A stretch of DNA of 64,000 nt from Mizuhopecten yessoensis. Its lineage: Eukaryota. The notes under the pieces are model-generated. The model did not search any database and was not told where the DNA came from. It saw nothing but the letters and a program-made list of their open reading frames with translations. Below, piece by piece: positions 51,420 to 64,000 of this stretch (its first letter is position 1; each line of letters begins with the position of its first letter). A program made the translations under genes and the position numbers. The stretch is taken from NCBI RefSeq assembly GCF_002113885.1, contig NW_018403842.1, positions 74,291-138,290 of the forward strand, given 5' to 3'.

Positions 51420-51640
51420 GAAACATCACACCTAGAAAAGTAATGTGAAACGTCACACATAGAAAGAAAATATAAGCACCACACCTTAAAACGAAATGTT
51501 AAACACAACACTCCACACCTAGAACAGAAACAGGAAACGTCACACCTAGAAAAGGAACGGAAAACGTCACACATAGAAAAAGAACGGGAATCGTCACACC
51601 TAGAAAATTAATCGAGAAGCATCACAATGAGAAATGAAAC
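51420..51640. repeat. Short degenerate tandem repeat, ~27-28 bp (AAACGTCACACCTAGAAAAG...)
   Basis: CACACCTAGAA / CACACATAGAA recurs about 7 times. Confidence 0.7.
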
Positions 51641-51645
51641 GTAAT

Positions 51646-52543
51646 TAAGCATTGAACTGTTTTTGTATGGTATTTATGATCTATTTGAATGACACAGCTT
51701 TGCAAGCAAACAACATAATGTCATCATAAATACCATAAATAGATCATAAATACCATACAAAAACAGTTCAATACTTATATTTACCTTTTTTCTCTGCCTG
51801 TTATGTTCTTTTTTAACTTACAATTTATATTTAGAATTTAAAATTCCCGCCTTATCGACAGTCCACACAAATTCGTTCAATAGTTGGAACAGCGTGGTGT
51901 TGCGTGCTGATTGGCAAACAAAGTAGTACTTTGAAATTTTAACAAACACTTCAATTTTGTTGTGACTCATATCAGTAGGTCTGTAACATATGTGTCAGTA
52001 GGTCTATAGAATATGTGTATTGCAGACATTTGTAACGAATCCATGTTGATCAGTGCAGTGTAACAGACGATATTTCTGATAAATTGCATGAGTGTTAAAA
52101 TTGTTTCCATTGCCGGAAATTGGTAATTTCAACCGATGTGCATTTTGTACGATATTGCAGACCTTACTCTTGTTTTTGTTGTAATAAATTATTTTTTTTT
52201 TATATTTTCTTTTTTCTTTTGCACATAAATTTACAATAACAATGGCAAGTCTCACAATGCCCAGCAATATTTCCGCAGCCGTCATGTTTATNAATATTTT
52301 TTTTTATATTTTCTTTTTTCTTTTGCACATAAATTTACAATTACAATGTCAAGTCTCACAATGCCCAGCAATATTTCCGCAGCCGTCATGTTTATTTACA
52401 TTGGATATTGTAGTTCCGGTCAGTGTTGTATTAATACGCTTAGAATTGTGTCCCGTGCTGCATGGTAATAAAAGTCCCTTCAACGACACTGCTTTCAAAG
52501 AGGCTATATAGTGACAATGCCATGCACATGTAAATATATCATT
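51646..52543. mobile_element. Split-palindrome element in the last intron of the perlucin-like gene
   Basis: Hairpin TAAGCATTGAACTGTTTTTGTATGGTATTTATGATCTATTT ... AAATAGATCATAAATACCATACAAAAACAGTTCAATACTTA (51646-51777); distal GTAAATATA (52530-52538) is complementary to TATATTTAC at the end of the right arm. Confidence 0.6.
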
Positions 52544-53004
52544 ATGAATTAGTCTACAACGTGCAATATCTTGAATATCTTGTAATTTGTGCTATCAAGC
52601 GTGTGCTAGAAATATATTGTAAATCATGTGATGTATGATAAAAAACAATTTTAAAAACATGTTTCCTATTTTATATGTAACAAATTCGCGGTGTTTATAA
52701 CTTTCATGCAACTCACTGAATAGACAACAACCGAACAAAAACAGAAGGGCAATGGATGTGTTAAAATAGATATATTGCACATATTACAGGCGGCACATGT
52801 TATGAAAACAACATCGCTAAAGTACAACCGGTTTCGTGACATTTGTCATCGAAACCATTCATATCAAATGTCCCCAGCTGTCTTTATGGCCGACGAATTA
52901 TTCAATGCGTTTCTTCACCTTATGCTTACACCATCGCATTTGGTTTTATTTTGTTGTCTTCTCGGCAAAATTCATTGTCTGACCGATTCTGTTTCATCTA
53001 ACGT

Positions 53005-53225
53005 TGGTGATTGAGTGGCACAGTAGATAGCGTCCTCACAATTCATCAAGACGGCTGGTGTTTTATTCCCCGATAGGACGTGAAAAGGTATGGGGTCACC
53101 TGCCTGACCACATCTGTTTTTTCCGGGTACTCCGGTTTCCTCCCACATTAATACCCTATGGGTACTATCATTCGGGCCAACAAGAGCGATGAATGTAAGT
53201 TGCTGGAACTTTTAGTTTTAGTTTA
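53005..53225 (+). mobile_element. tRNA-derived V-domain-type SINE, near full length
   Basis: A-box-like GTGGCACAGTAGATAG, degenerate B box, core TTTTTCCGGGTACTCCGGTTTCCTCCCACA. Confidence 0.7.
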
Positions 53226-53291
53226 ATGTAATGTCCTCTTGTGTCTGTTTACCATTGACTGTTATACTACATGGTGTGTTTATCATTCCAG

Positions 53292-53349
53292 TGCTTACAG
53301 TGACATCGTAACAACCATTGCACCCATTATTGAGACCGCAGGTGTTTAG
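53292..53349 (+). CDS. Candidate terminal exon 5 of the perlucin-like lectin
   Basis: Acceptor CATTCCAG (alternative TTACAG 9 nt downstream, same frame); phase 2 matches; reads (S)AYSDIVTTIAPIIETAGV*; AATAAA at 53427-53432; gives 164 aa in total. No homology support. Confidence 0.5.
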
Positions 53350-53646
53350 AACAGGAAGGACAGGGTAGGACAAGAATGTATGTACGAGCAAATCAACCGT
53401 CACGCAAATGAATTATACTTTGAAAAAATAAAGTTTTCTTGTTCATTAATTTGGTTTTGTTTTTAGTATTGTGATGATAAACCTCATAGTACGAATCTAT
53501 CGAGTATTCTCGTCATGCCCCTGGGCAAGTAAACACATATCTAACGAGGAGTGTGGACAAGTTTTATGGTTGCCATCAGTGTTTCACAGGGAAATATGCT
53601 ATAATTTGTGTAATATGAAGGTAGATGTTTTTTTATTATGCCCACC

Positions 53647-53943
53647 AATAGTAATAATAATAATAATAATGCGAGGTCCTTATATACCGCTTTATCACAA
53701 CCTAGTTCGTCTCAACCAGCAAAAATCTTTCTCAACTCACTGGGGAGCATATAGCCGGTGCGCAATTTTGGCGCTCACAGCTAGCATTCAATAGTTCTAT
53801 CACTGCCCAACCAAGTACTCATTTACAGCTGAGTAGACCGGAACAAGCCGAGTAAAGTATCTTGCTCAAAGATACAACACAGTGCCGTGACTAGAACCCA
53901 CAACCCTTCAGTCACGCGCCCGGCGTCATACCACTGGACCACC
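53647..53943 (-). mobile_element. tRNA-derived CORE-type SINE with (TTA)n tail
   Basis: Minus strand: A box GGTGGTCCAGTGG, B box GGTTCTAGTC, CORE-like TGTATCTTTGAGCAAGATACTT and CTACTCAGCTGTAAATGAGTAC; tail seen as (AAT)n at 53647-53670. Confidence 0.75.
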
Positions 53944-54849
53944 CTGCCTCCTAAAGTGCCTAGTGGTTTTGTTGTGACTGCCTGAGTTCTCAATGAGGAG
54001 GAGTGGCGTTGCTTTGATTCCAGTTGGATTAGCATGGCGGGTTTCGTTGGTTTGGCGGTCTGCTTTTGGTCTCCTCGTGTTGTTTTTTCAGTGTTCTCCA
54101 TGAGATTACAGATACTTTTGTTCACCAAAGAACTCTTCACAGACGATTTGTTGGATTAGGTTTTCCGTCCTTAGTGCAATACTCGCGAACTTTTCAATTT
54201 ATTAGCCAAAATCAAATAAACAAGCTTTTCTTATTCAGTTATTTTCACATAAGCCCACACCGTCTAACTTTCTATTTACTTCATTTCCTAGTAGTGTGTG
54301 GGTCTCGACCCCTTCCGCCATGTACATTTTTATCTATTCACTTAAGGACACAGTCTCACGATTTCAAGTTGAGCTTTCCACTTTAAATAACATTCGGGTA
54401 CCAGCCTCGTGTAAGCTTCAACATCATCATATTGTATCAGTTATACTTATATATATATATATATATCAAAACATGAAATACACTAACTAATATTATTTAC
54501 GTATACAACGATATGCTAAAAAAGAACCTCACACAATATAGACATATTTAAAGATTTCAACGAAACGTGTTCTAACTTACTCTGATCAAACATACCATAA
54601 TCTGATATGCTACTATAAATAACCCGTGTCATAAATGACTGTTTTTATGTCTTTTCCTTTCATCAAACTGCACATATTCAAAACACAAAGCCTGAATTTA
54701 CTCCAGGTTTTTATCACAAACGACAATTGAATGGGTGCAAACAATGGAGATGAAATATGTAGTTTAAAGAGCACTGGTCATAACTATACCGTTTCAAATC
54801 TACTATAGTTCATATAAAAATTATTTGTGGAATTCAGTTTGATGTGACC

Positions 54850-56733
54850 ATCAATGGCAGATATTGTCCACCCCAATGACAGATATTGTCCTCACCAATG
54901 ACAGGTATTGTCCACACCAATGACAAGTATTGTCCACACCCCAATTACAGGTAGTGTCCTCACCAATGACATGTATTGTCCTCACTAATGACAGGTATTG
55001 TCCACACCAATGAAAGATATTGTACAAACCAATGACAGGTATTGTCCGCACCAATGACAGGTATTGTCTACACCACTGACAGGTACTGACTGCACCAATG
55101 ACAGGTATTGTCCACACCAATATCAGATATTGCCCAAACCAATGACAGGTATTGTCCTCGCACATGACAGGTATTGTCCACACCAATGACAGTTATTGTC
55201 TACACCAATGACAGGTATTGTCCGCACTAATGCCAGGGATTGTCCAAACCAATGACAGGAATTGTCCACACCAATGGTAGGTTTTGTCCACACCAATGAC
55301 AGGAATTGGGCACACCCCAATTACAGGTATTGTCCTCACCAATGACAGGTAGTGTCCTCACCAATGACAGGAATCGTCCTCACCAATGACAGATATTGTC
55401 CTCACCAATGACAGATATTGTCCACACCTATGACAGGTATTGTCCTCACCAATGACATGTATTGTCCTCACTAATGACAGGTATTGTCCACACCAATGAC
55501 AAGTATTGTCCTCACACCAATGACAGATATTGTCCTCACCAATGACAGGTATTGTCCACACCAATGACAGGTATTGTCCTCACCAATGACAGGCATTGTC
55601 CACACCAATGACAGGTATTGTCAACACCACTGACAGGTACTGTCCGCACCAATGACAGGTTTTGTCCACACCAATGACAGGTATTGTCCACACCCCAATT
55701 ACAGGTATTGTCCTCACCAATGACATGTATTGTCCTCACCAATGACAGGTATTATCCTCACCAATGACAGGTATTGTCCTCACCAATGACAGGTATTGTC
55801 CACACCCCAATGACAGGTATTGTCCAGAACATGGCAGATATTGTCCACACCAATGACAAGTATTGTCCACACCCCAATTACAGGTATTGTCCTCACCAAT
55901 GACAGGTATTGTCCACACCCCAATTACAGGTATTGTCCTCACCAATGACAGGTATTGTCCACACCCCAATGACAGATATTGTCCAGAACATGGCAGGTAT
56001 TGTCCACACCAATGACAGAAATTGTCGATACCAATGACATATATTGCCCAAACTAATGACAGATATTGTCCCCACCAATGACTGGTATTGTCTACACCAA
56101 TGACTGGTATTGTCAACACCAATACCAGATATTGTCCACACCAATGACAGGTATTGTCCTCACCAATGACAGGTAGTGTCCTCACCAATGACAGGAATCG
56201 TCCTCACCAATGACAGATATTGTCCTCACCAATGACAGGTATTGTCCTCACCAATGACAGGTATTGTCTACACCAATGACAGGTAAAACCCTCACCAATG
56301 ACAGGTATTGTCCTCACCAATGACTGGTATTGTCAACACCAATACCAGATATTGTCCACACCAATGACAGGTATTGTCCTCACCAATGACAGGTATTGTC
56401 CTCACCAATGACAGATATTGTCCTCGCCAATGACAGGTATTGTCCTCACTAATGACAGGTATTGTCCGCACCAATGACAGGTATTGTCCTCACCAATGAC
56501 AGGTATTTTCACACCAATGACAGGTATTGTCCACACCAATGACAGATATTGTCCTCACCAATGACAGGTATTGTCCTCACCAATGACAGATATTGTCCTC
56601 ACCAATGACAGGTATTGCCCAAACCAATGACAGGTATTGTCCACACCAATGACAGGTATTGTGTACACCACTGACAGGTATTGTCCGCACCAATGACAGG
56701 TATTGTCCTCACCAATGACAGATATTGTCCACA
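54850..56733. repeat. Minisatellite, 22-bp unit (CCAATGACAGGTATTGTCC(T/A)CA), ~85 copies
   Basis: Directly visible; occasional 24-bp variants (CACACCCCAATTACAG). Confidence 0.96.
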
Positions 56734-59028
56734 CGAACGATTTAAAAAAGTCAGAAGGAAGATATTACTGATACGACAGCAAAGAAGAAAGGTGATTAGA
56801 CACACTTTGTTCTACAAGATCAAACTCCAATGGTAGCCATCAGCAAAGAATAGAAACACATTTAAGGACCAAAAGGAGAAAACACAACACGGCAAGTAAC
56901 GCCAGGCTAGATTATAGGGAAATTACCATTTTTTATGCAAACTATGAGGGACTGAATAGGGTAACCACCGGTCATTGCTGAAAATATGTTCACCAATTAC
57001 TACAAATTCAGAGTTGCATGTCAACCAAATAACACAATTTTAAACTCATTTATTTGTTGATGATATTTTCCTGTCATAACCATAATTTTATTCCAACTAG
57101 TGAGTAGCAATCTTTGTTAAATTTAAGTTGCTGTGATGCCGGAAGTAGAAGAAAGTCACTTTATTGGCCAAGCGATTTCATTCCAGAGCTGCAAAACAAC
57201 TAACATGTTTTAATGCAATGTTAAAGCGTTTGTTTTATATACACGGACTGAGAAAAAGTATATTTTTACGAGTTGGATAGATAATAATTATAGGTGTTTT
57301 CATAGTAAACGGCATTCAGATGGCAGCGTTTATCAGAAATTAGTTACCTTTATTATGGCAACTTAACCTACAGTTCAAGCAATCAGTGACACACGTACAT
57401 ACAGTCACTTTGTAATAAATTTGCCAATTAAACATACAACATGAACATATATTGCGTCTGGATGAATACGGTTTCAAGTCGCAGGGTGAACAGCTTTCAT
57501 ACTCCTCACTAGTGTTCCAATATATTACAATATTCACTCAAAACAATAAACAGGTTATCATATAACAATGTCCATATCCTACATGTACTCGGCATCAGCA
57601 CGAGACTTTCATATCCGGCCCATCGGGCTGATATGGGTCGAGGGTTGATACGGAAAAAGAATTTTGAAATAGTCATATGGAAACCGTTTGATCTTATACT
57701 GCAATATAACATCAAAAGTATTAACAATAACTCAAAAAACGCACACACAAAACACACGAAGCAAAATAAAATATAATGACCAGCGTAGCAAATACAGATA
57801 GATATGCAGTGTGTACAATTTCAGTTTGATTTGTGATTTATTTTCTGAAAAGTGTTGAACCGGAAGTTTAAAAGATATGGCGCATAGTTTGCGCATATGG
57901 CGCGTGACGGGCTACATGTAATAGTATCACATACAGTATACAAAAACAACTATATCACGGTCAAGTATCCGAACATGAGTGTAACTGTGTGGCATTTCGC
58001 AATAGACAGGCAATAATGAAACTTATTATTTACATAACTCAACCGTGGCAGGTCATACAAGTCACGGTTCAGTTGTTTTGGGTTTCCTTAGATTAATCGT
58101 ACATTAAGTCGATTTTAAAATTAAATTTTCTTTGAAAAATATCTTAAGTGAACGAATATTTTATATATTATCTGAGATACTAAACCATACCACTTGTTGT
58201 TTAAATTGTTGTGCAAATATAACTCGAACACTTACCTTGATTTCCTCTTAAGCTGATGAAATTTTACAAATATGAATCCAAAGCATTACGTTTAAGCCAG
58301 CTCACATTACATTCTTGGCCAAGCAGTCCATCGGACACTCTTACCATAGTGTTAGTTTGTTTGTCGTCTTTTTTTTATGCCTTTCATTTCATTTTGATGT
58401 CATTGTGTCAATTCATACTTGTCAGTGCGACGCTTGACAGACAACTTCTATAACAGGATAGATTCCATCAAAATCAATCGTTCGTATAGCTATTTTTTCG
58501 GAGTGCTATCCCATCAATATTGTTTCATTAGTTTCATTTATTCATAAAGAGTACAGAACAGTGGCCCTTGTTCTATATTACATTGTGTATCTAAAATCAT
58601 ACTGGTAAGTGTATGTCATTACGACAGTTCTTTCATAGTTCAACACAAATGTGTCCCTTTATTTAACTATTTGCTCAGAAGCTAAAGACCACTTAGTTTT
58701 CAACAGTAACAAAAATAGATAGCCGATTTAACATAGATAAATGGGTTTATCGACAGCCTACCGGTAAGTTTTAATAGAGCCACAATGAAACATATGCAGT
58801 AGACATTAATGTAGTTAATAGGTCCATTTTCTAATTTTATGGGTTGTTATTGTTTTAACTATCCAGATCCGTCTCACTGATATTTTACCCTTGATGGTAG
58901 GCCGCCGTCGATTACTCGGATTAAACGTCCAACTTATTATACTTACTGTAATTATCCCCAAATTATCTAGGAGAGCTAGCTGGTAACCATGCTTTGTCAC
59001 GTACTATCAACGTCCAGTTGCTGTAGTT

Positions 59029-59074
59029 ATGATGCTGTGGCTGGTGCTGATTGGGACCCTGTCCCTCGTGGTGG
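59029..59074 (+). CDS. Signal-peptide exon of an unidentified secreted protein
   Basis: MMLWLVLIGTLSLVV + G|GTATGT; locally GC-richer than its flanks; acceptor GTCCAG just upstream and a candidate 5'UTR exon donor GTAAGT at ~58605. Confidence 0.65.
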
Positions 59075-59806
59075 GTATGTACAAAACGTTTCTATTTGTT
59101 TAGGACATGTGACAAAAAAGATGTTTTCTTTAAACAGGAAATCATCCTTCCATCATAGTCGATAATTGTGAACTCAGTGTTTCTACTTACGCGTATATTA
59201 CACTTTAGGAGAATTGATCGCAAATTTGAGTTTATCGCGAATAAATAATATAGCTTTATTCGTTAAGTGTTCTTTTATAATACGTGAATGAAATGATGCG
59301 CATGAATACACATTTCAGATTACAAGTGAATAATTATAACTTCGTAAACAGAATCATATCAATTCAGCTAAAACTTATTCTCTACGAAGTACTCATCTAA
59401 GAAAGGGGCGAACGCTTACCATTCAGGAGCAATAGGTTCCGCCTCAGATAGTGCGGGGTTTCATTATATTTTTTCCTTGAGTTTTTGTTTCTTATTGGTT
59501 TTCTGTTGTCATTTTTTATGTTACTACTTCGTTTCATTTATGTGCTTAAGGTAGGATATTCTTTTCTAGCACTTTAATGTTAATGTACATAAATCTTACT
59601 CTGTCGGCCGCGAGGATTAAGAGCAGGTTGGCGAGAGTTTAGGACAAATAAAATAAATATACTGGTTATCTCGAAGTTGTCTTTGCTTAAAGTAAACGTT
59701 AGTCACGTTTTATTAAAAAACAAGTTTAAATTGGAAATAGAAAGGAGATAGATGAAATGCTCCAGGGGGGCGTCACAATTCTTTAAAGATATTGTTACTG
59801 TTACAG

Positions 59807-60034
59807 GAAGGCCTCAGTCTCCCCGGCGCTATCTGACAATCCATGCTGGCAGCACCACGTATTATGGTAATATGGCGTCAGTTTATGTACAAAGGAATGT
59901 CGAGGTACCAACACTCCATAATTTGAAGTACGACACCATATTAGACATAGCTCTCTACGACCAAATCACAATAGAAGAACATGGCCTGTACGAAGTGTAT
60001 AATGATCCGGATAGACCAGTAAAGTTTGTGACGG
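59807..60034 (+). CDS. Second coding exon of the unidentified secreted protein
   Basis: Acceptor GTTACAG, donor GTAAGT, phase 1-1, open: (G)RPQSPRRYLTIHAGSTTYYGNMASVYVQRNVEVPTLHNLKYDTILDIALYDQITIEEHGLYEVYNDPDRPVKFVT. Confidence 0.65.
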
Positions 60035-61003
60035 GTAAGTATTATAGTTATGCAAAATTGTGTTATTGACCTTTCATTACATTTGATAGACTTTTCAGTT
60101 ATATCCGGAATGTTAGAGAAGGTTAGAAGCTTGGTCATCATGTATATGATTCGTCAATAAAACATTGAAGTTTCACAAGAGCGGGTCACCTTTGTTAATT
60201 GTGAGCTTTTAAACAGTGAAAACAACCAAGCATACGGCTCTACAACCTTCATTGATATGTATGTTACAAAGGAAGAACCAAATGTGTTTTACAGGTTTTT
60301 TGCCTGTGACGTATTCTTTCGGTAAGCCATATAAGGCGTACGTATGTTTCAATGTCTTTACTTCGAACCGTAGCACCAAAATTAAATAATTTTGTTTACT
60401 TTGAAGCGAACTAAAATCCATGTCCCCACAATTTCAATTAAGCTGTGTTTCCAAAACACGTCTGTATTTCTCTCTATATCAGATTAATGATGTTGGAATT
60501 TCAATGGCGAACAATACCTTCGATCGTTATGACAACCGGCCCCAGTTGTTCAAAAGGTGATCAGCCTAATCAGTGATTATACGCGAGTCTGTCTAACACA
60601 ACCATTAAATAAGTTAAAACTTTGTAAATAGCAAATATTTTAGTAGAGACAACTGAATGCATGATCAGCTACACAATACATCTCCAGCACACACGTAGGC
60701 ATACATACATACGGAGATATTAGTCAGGTGGCATAGGACTAGTAGTTAGCGGCTGCGAATTCCTCACAACTGTATTGAGTAATGTACATGTACAGTTGGA
60801 ATGACGCCCAAGTATCCACTTTTTGTGGCACGAACGCAGGACGCACGCTTCCCGAACGGAGACCAGCCGCTATACCGATTGGACCTAACGCTGCTTGTAC
60901 AGCCGCTTCCCGAATGGAGCGAGGTTATCGGCCGCTACCGGCCGATAAACTGCTTAATGATAGCTCGCCGCTATCGACCGATAAACTGATACCTAGCCGA
61001 TAG

Positions 61004-61761
61004 TAGTCTCGTTCGACCAGACGCTTGATCACTTGTAATTCAAGAGTCTGGTCAAACACAGGGCATTAACATTATCACTACCAGAGGGCAGTATTTCTTC
61101 TTTCGTTTCCGGACGTTATGTCAACGGCATTAAACATTTTAATGAATAATGAAATTAATGAAAAAAGTTACCTATACATGCATTCCTGAAGTACCCGTGT
61201 ATTCACTTTAATCGAGAACAATGTAAGAAAATGTGTCAAATCTCCAGAATAATGCCATATATTTCCATTGAATAAATCATAACTAAACACAAAACCAACA
61301 ATGCTGACTGAAGTTTGAAAAAAGCATGCAAAGCAAGTGAGATTTTACCTGTGCACCATTCAAAACACCTTCAAGTTCTCACTCCGGTAATCTGGATTGA
61401 CTTGTATCAATAGCCTTGTTAGCTTCATGAATTATTGTAAAATATCCAATGAAAATACATGAAATCATTCTTTTTGAAGCATTTTCTTACAATTTTCTCG
61501 TTCATAGTGAAAACATGGATACTTCAGGAATGCATATACAGGTAATTTTTTGATGAATTAAAATATTTAATGTAATTTTGGGCCACTCAAATTCTGACTT
61601 TAAAAGTTAAAAAGGGTGTGTCAACCTTTGACCAATGATTTTTTTTACCAGAATCTCGGTAAGCCTCGTTATGATGTCACAAAACGAAAGCACTGCGTTT
61701 GACCAGACTTTCTATTCGGCGTAGCTTGTGCAGGCAACAAGAGTCTGGTTGAACGAGACTA
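61004..61761. mobile_element. Academ-type non-autonomous element
   Basis: TIRs TAGTCTCGTTCGACCAGAC / GTCTGGTTGAACGAGACTA, extra subterminal inverted repeats and an internal IR (CCTATACATGCATTCCTGAAGTA / TACTTCAGGAATGCATATACAGG); flanks AGCCGATAG / TGACGATAG may be a decayed 9-bp TSD; same family as 15549-15636. Confidence 0.75.
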
Positions 61762-64000
61762 TGACGATAGCGGCGGATCGAACGAACGAACTATGCGGCC
61801 GCTTTCACGGGACGGAACTAGTAGTAGTCGTCTTGATAACCGAACCACTCGTAGTGAAGCGGACGTTAATCTACTAAAACAAACACACAACCGGTACTAG
61901 TGCCCAATTACACCTGTACTTACCACCCACAAGATATATTTAAGTCCGTATCTAAACTAATAAAGCCGTGTTATTTTAATAATGTCGGATCAGTCTAAGA
62001 ATAACATTTCTCTTATTCTTATGATTAAAATGTTAGTCAACGATACGATTTCTACAACATATATTTGTTTGAATAGAGCGGTCGTTTAATCTATGTTATA
62101 ACTGAATGACCACAAATGTATAGGTATACCTAGACAATTACGACACGATTTAAATTCAAATACATGATTGCTAGCGAATTGTAACCATAATCACGGAATC
62201 ACGTAGTCCGTGCCAATATTCACGGAAGAATTGTCCTACCACATTTTGTATTTTTTGATATCGTAAATATGCCTGTTTGTTACATGAAATACCATATTAT
62301 ACTAGCAATGAATTAAGGTCAGATTTTGTTAGTGATAATCGTTCTGATGTGTATGTCCAATACCATATTTCAGATTTGTATTTCTCTCAGACATACATTT
62401 ATCGATGTATGCGAGGTATGTGTTGTGCCATAGTAAATTTTGTTGTCAGCATCTCAATTAAAACTCGGCGATACCAAACGGTTTCGGACAATTTTACGTT
62501 TTCATAAACAATATAGTAATTAGTGCGCTCTGGTTCCAAACCAGACGTCTATCTGTCAAACTGTCTTAGTCTGATGTCAGAGGCGGCGGAAACTCAGAAC
62601 TGATAGCATGGTATACAGAACATTGAGATACAGATACATATAGTTTATAATTTATTAAACGTGGGATAGGCCCTGTTACCTGCGGCTATTGTTATTTCGA
62701 AGGTAAAGTTAAGTCACAGGGACCCGGTTACAGTTGGTTTGTTAGGACCTATCCCGCTGTGTAAAGAGTAATATATCTCGAAATAAATGCCAACCCTCCT
62801 TCCAACAGCTCCCGAGAAAAGATTTAAGCGTCTCAAGTCGCAAGGACGTCTTTTGCCGGTGTATCTAGTTTCTACGACGAAATCGTATAAATTAGATGTA
62901 TCTCAACCAACACCCGGGAGAATGATGACTCCGACATATCAGTGTTAAGGTCATAGGAGTGTATTGATAAACGGAAATAGGAAGTGCATCCCCAGTTGAA
63001 AATCCAATGTAGGGAGACAGTATCACAATTTCCGCATATTCTGATGTTTAATATTAAACTGATAAATATTGCATGTTTATTATTGACAGAACAGTGTGTT
63101 AATATTAAAGTATTTCAAAGCAATCCAGGCATTAATTCAGGTGGTTTTTTTTTTATCAATGAGTCACATGTGTCCATTTTTCTGTACTTCAGGAACCCGG
63201 CTACTTATTTCACTATTGTGAAGTTTTTCAAGAAAGATAACTCTTTACATGCAATTACTATATGTACATGGTTTTATTATAAAATGTCAATTTTTAAACG
63301 TTTATAGATAATTAATTTTACACAATTTCAGCATTTATTAAATTGATATACATTAATGCAAGACTAATCTATGTCAGTATCATTTTTATTGACATTAATT
63401 TGCCTAAAATTGTGTCTTTCATTTTTTTTTCAAAACTCACTCCTTTTTACATAAATTTTCATTTCAAATCCTTTAAATTCTGACAACCTAATTTTTTTTT
63501 GGTGGCAGAAAATTTTCTTTACTTCAACGCAATATAACTACAAAATTGGAAGAAATTCTACTGAGAAATGGTGACACAATCCTATTTCCTTAAGTCAAAA
63601 CAAACATTATTGCAACTAATTCGCGGGTCCGTATAGTTTATAGTCTGTTTTTATACGTCTTTGATTGAATTTTGAGACTGAAGTACAATGTCTGTTTTAC
63701 GTATCGTTTTAGTTTAATTCAAATATTGAACAGGGAAAGTATAAAGACGACCACTGTGCACGGGTGTGTGTAGCTTCGGGTATATAATAATGAAAAATGA
63801 AGATGAGTAATACTTACATACCCTTTTCATTATGCATCGGAAACGTATGGTTGGTGTTTCTATCTGTATGCGTTATATGTTTTTGTTATATCAATTGAAT
63901 TCATATGAGCTTCAGATCACTAATACCGTAAACATTCCAAAAGTTTGAGGGGGTTGGGTTTGGCGGTATCGATGGCAACGCCTCCTTATCTCCAAAGAAT

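Noticed and set aside
52190-52395. ~100-bp tandem duplication
   Set aside because: The two copies are separated by a single N (52292), so this is probably an overlapping contig join between haplotypes.
53880-53943. tRNA gene
   Set aside because: The A/B boxes belong to a SINE head that continues into a CORE-like domain and a simple-repeat tail; no full cloverleaf.
54851-56805. Cys/Trp-rich ORFs on the minus strand
   Set aside because: Translations of the 22-bp minisatellite.
56900-58250. Possible Kolobok-like element with a TTAA end at ~58247 and faint coding remnants at 57460-57720
   Set aside because: No convincing matching left terminus or interpretable protein motif.

Overview
AT-rich, intron-containing eukaryotic DNA. 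The SINE/LINE/MITE repertoire and the lectin genes suggest a marine invertebrate, most likely a bivalve mollusc (inference). Most entries in the ORF track are spurious, and the real genes only appear after splicing by hand. (1) Minus strand, 25.2-47.8 kb: a tandem triplication of a 4-exon gene for a secreted PAN/apple-like + C-type lectin protein. Copy A is a pseudogene; copies B and C are intact, 224 aa, EPN-type. (2) Plus strand, head-to-head with copy C: a perlucin-like QPD-type C-type lectin gene (48.9-53.3 kb). (3) The start of an unidentified secreted-protein gene near 59-60 kb. (4) A decayed ~5.3 kb DNA transposon (10.5-15.9 kb) whose spliced ORF joins a Mutator-like DDE transposase, a YqaJ/lambda-exonuclease domain and a C-terminal Tudor/Spindlin-like domain. 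(5) A 5'-truncated RTE LINE with an 11-bp TSD, older LINE fragments, tRNA-derived SINEs, Academ-type and other MITEs, and several 'split-palindrome' elements. (6) Four large minisatellites with 37, 39, 58 and 22 bp units; the 58-bp array can be traced to single-copy intron sequence in the paralogues. One assembly gap lies at 26435-26703. All calls come from manual reading; no database searches were run.
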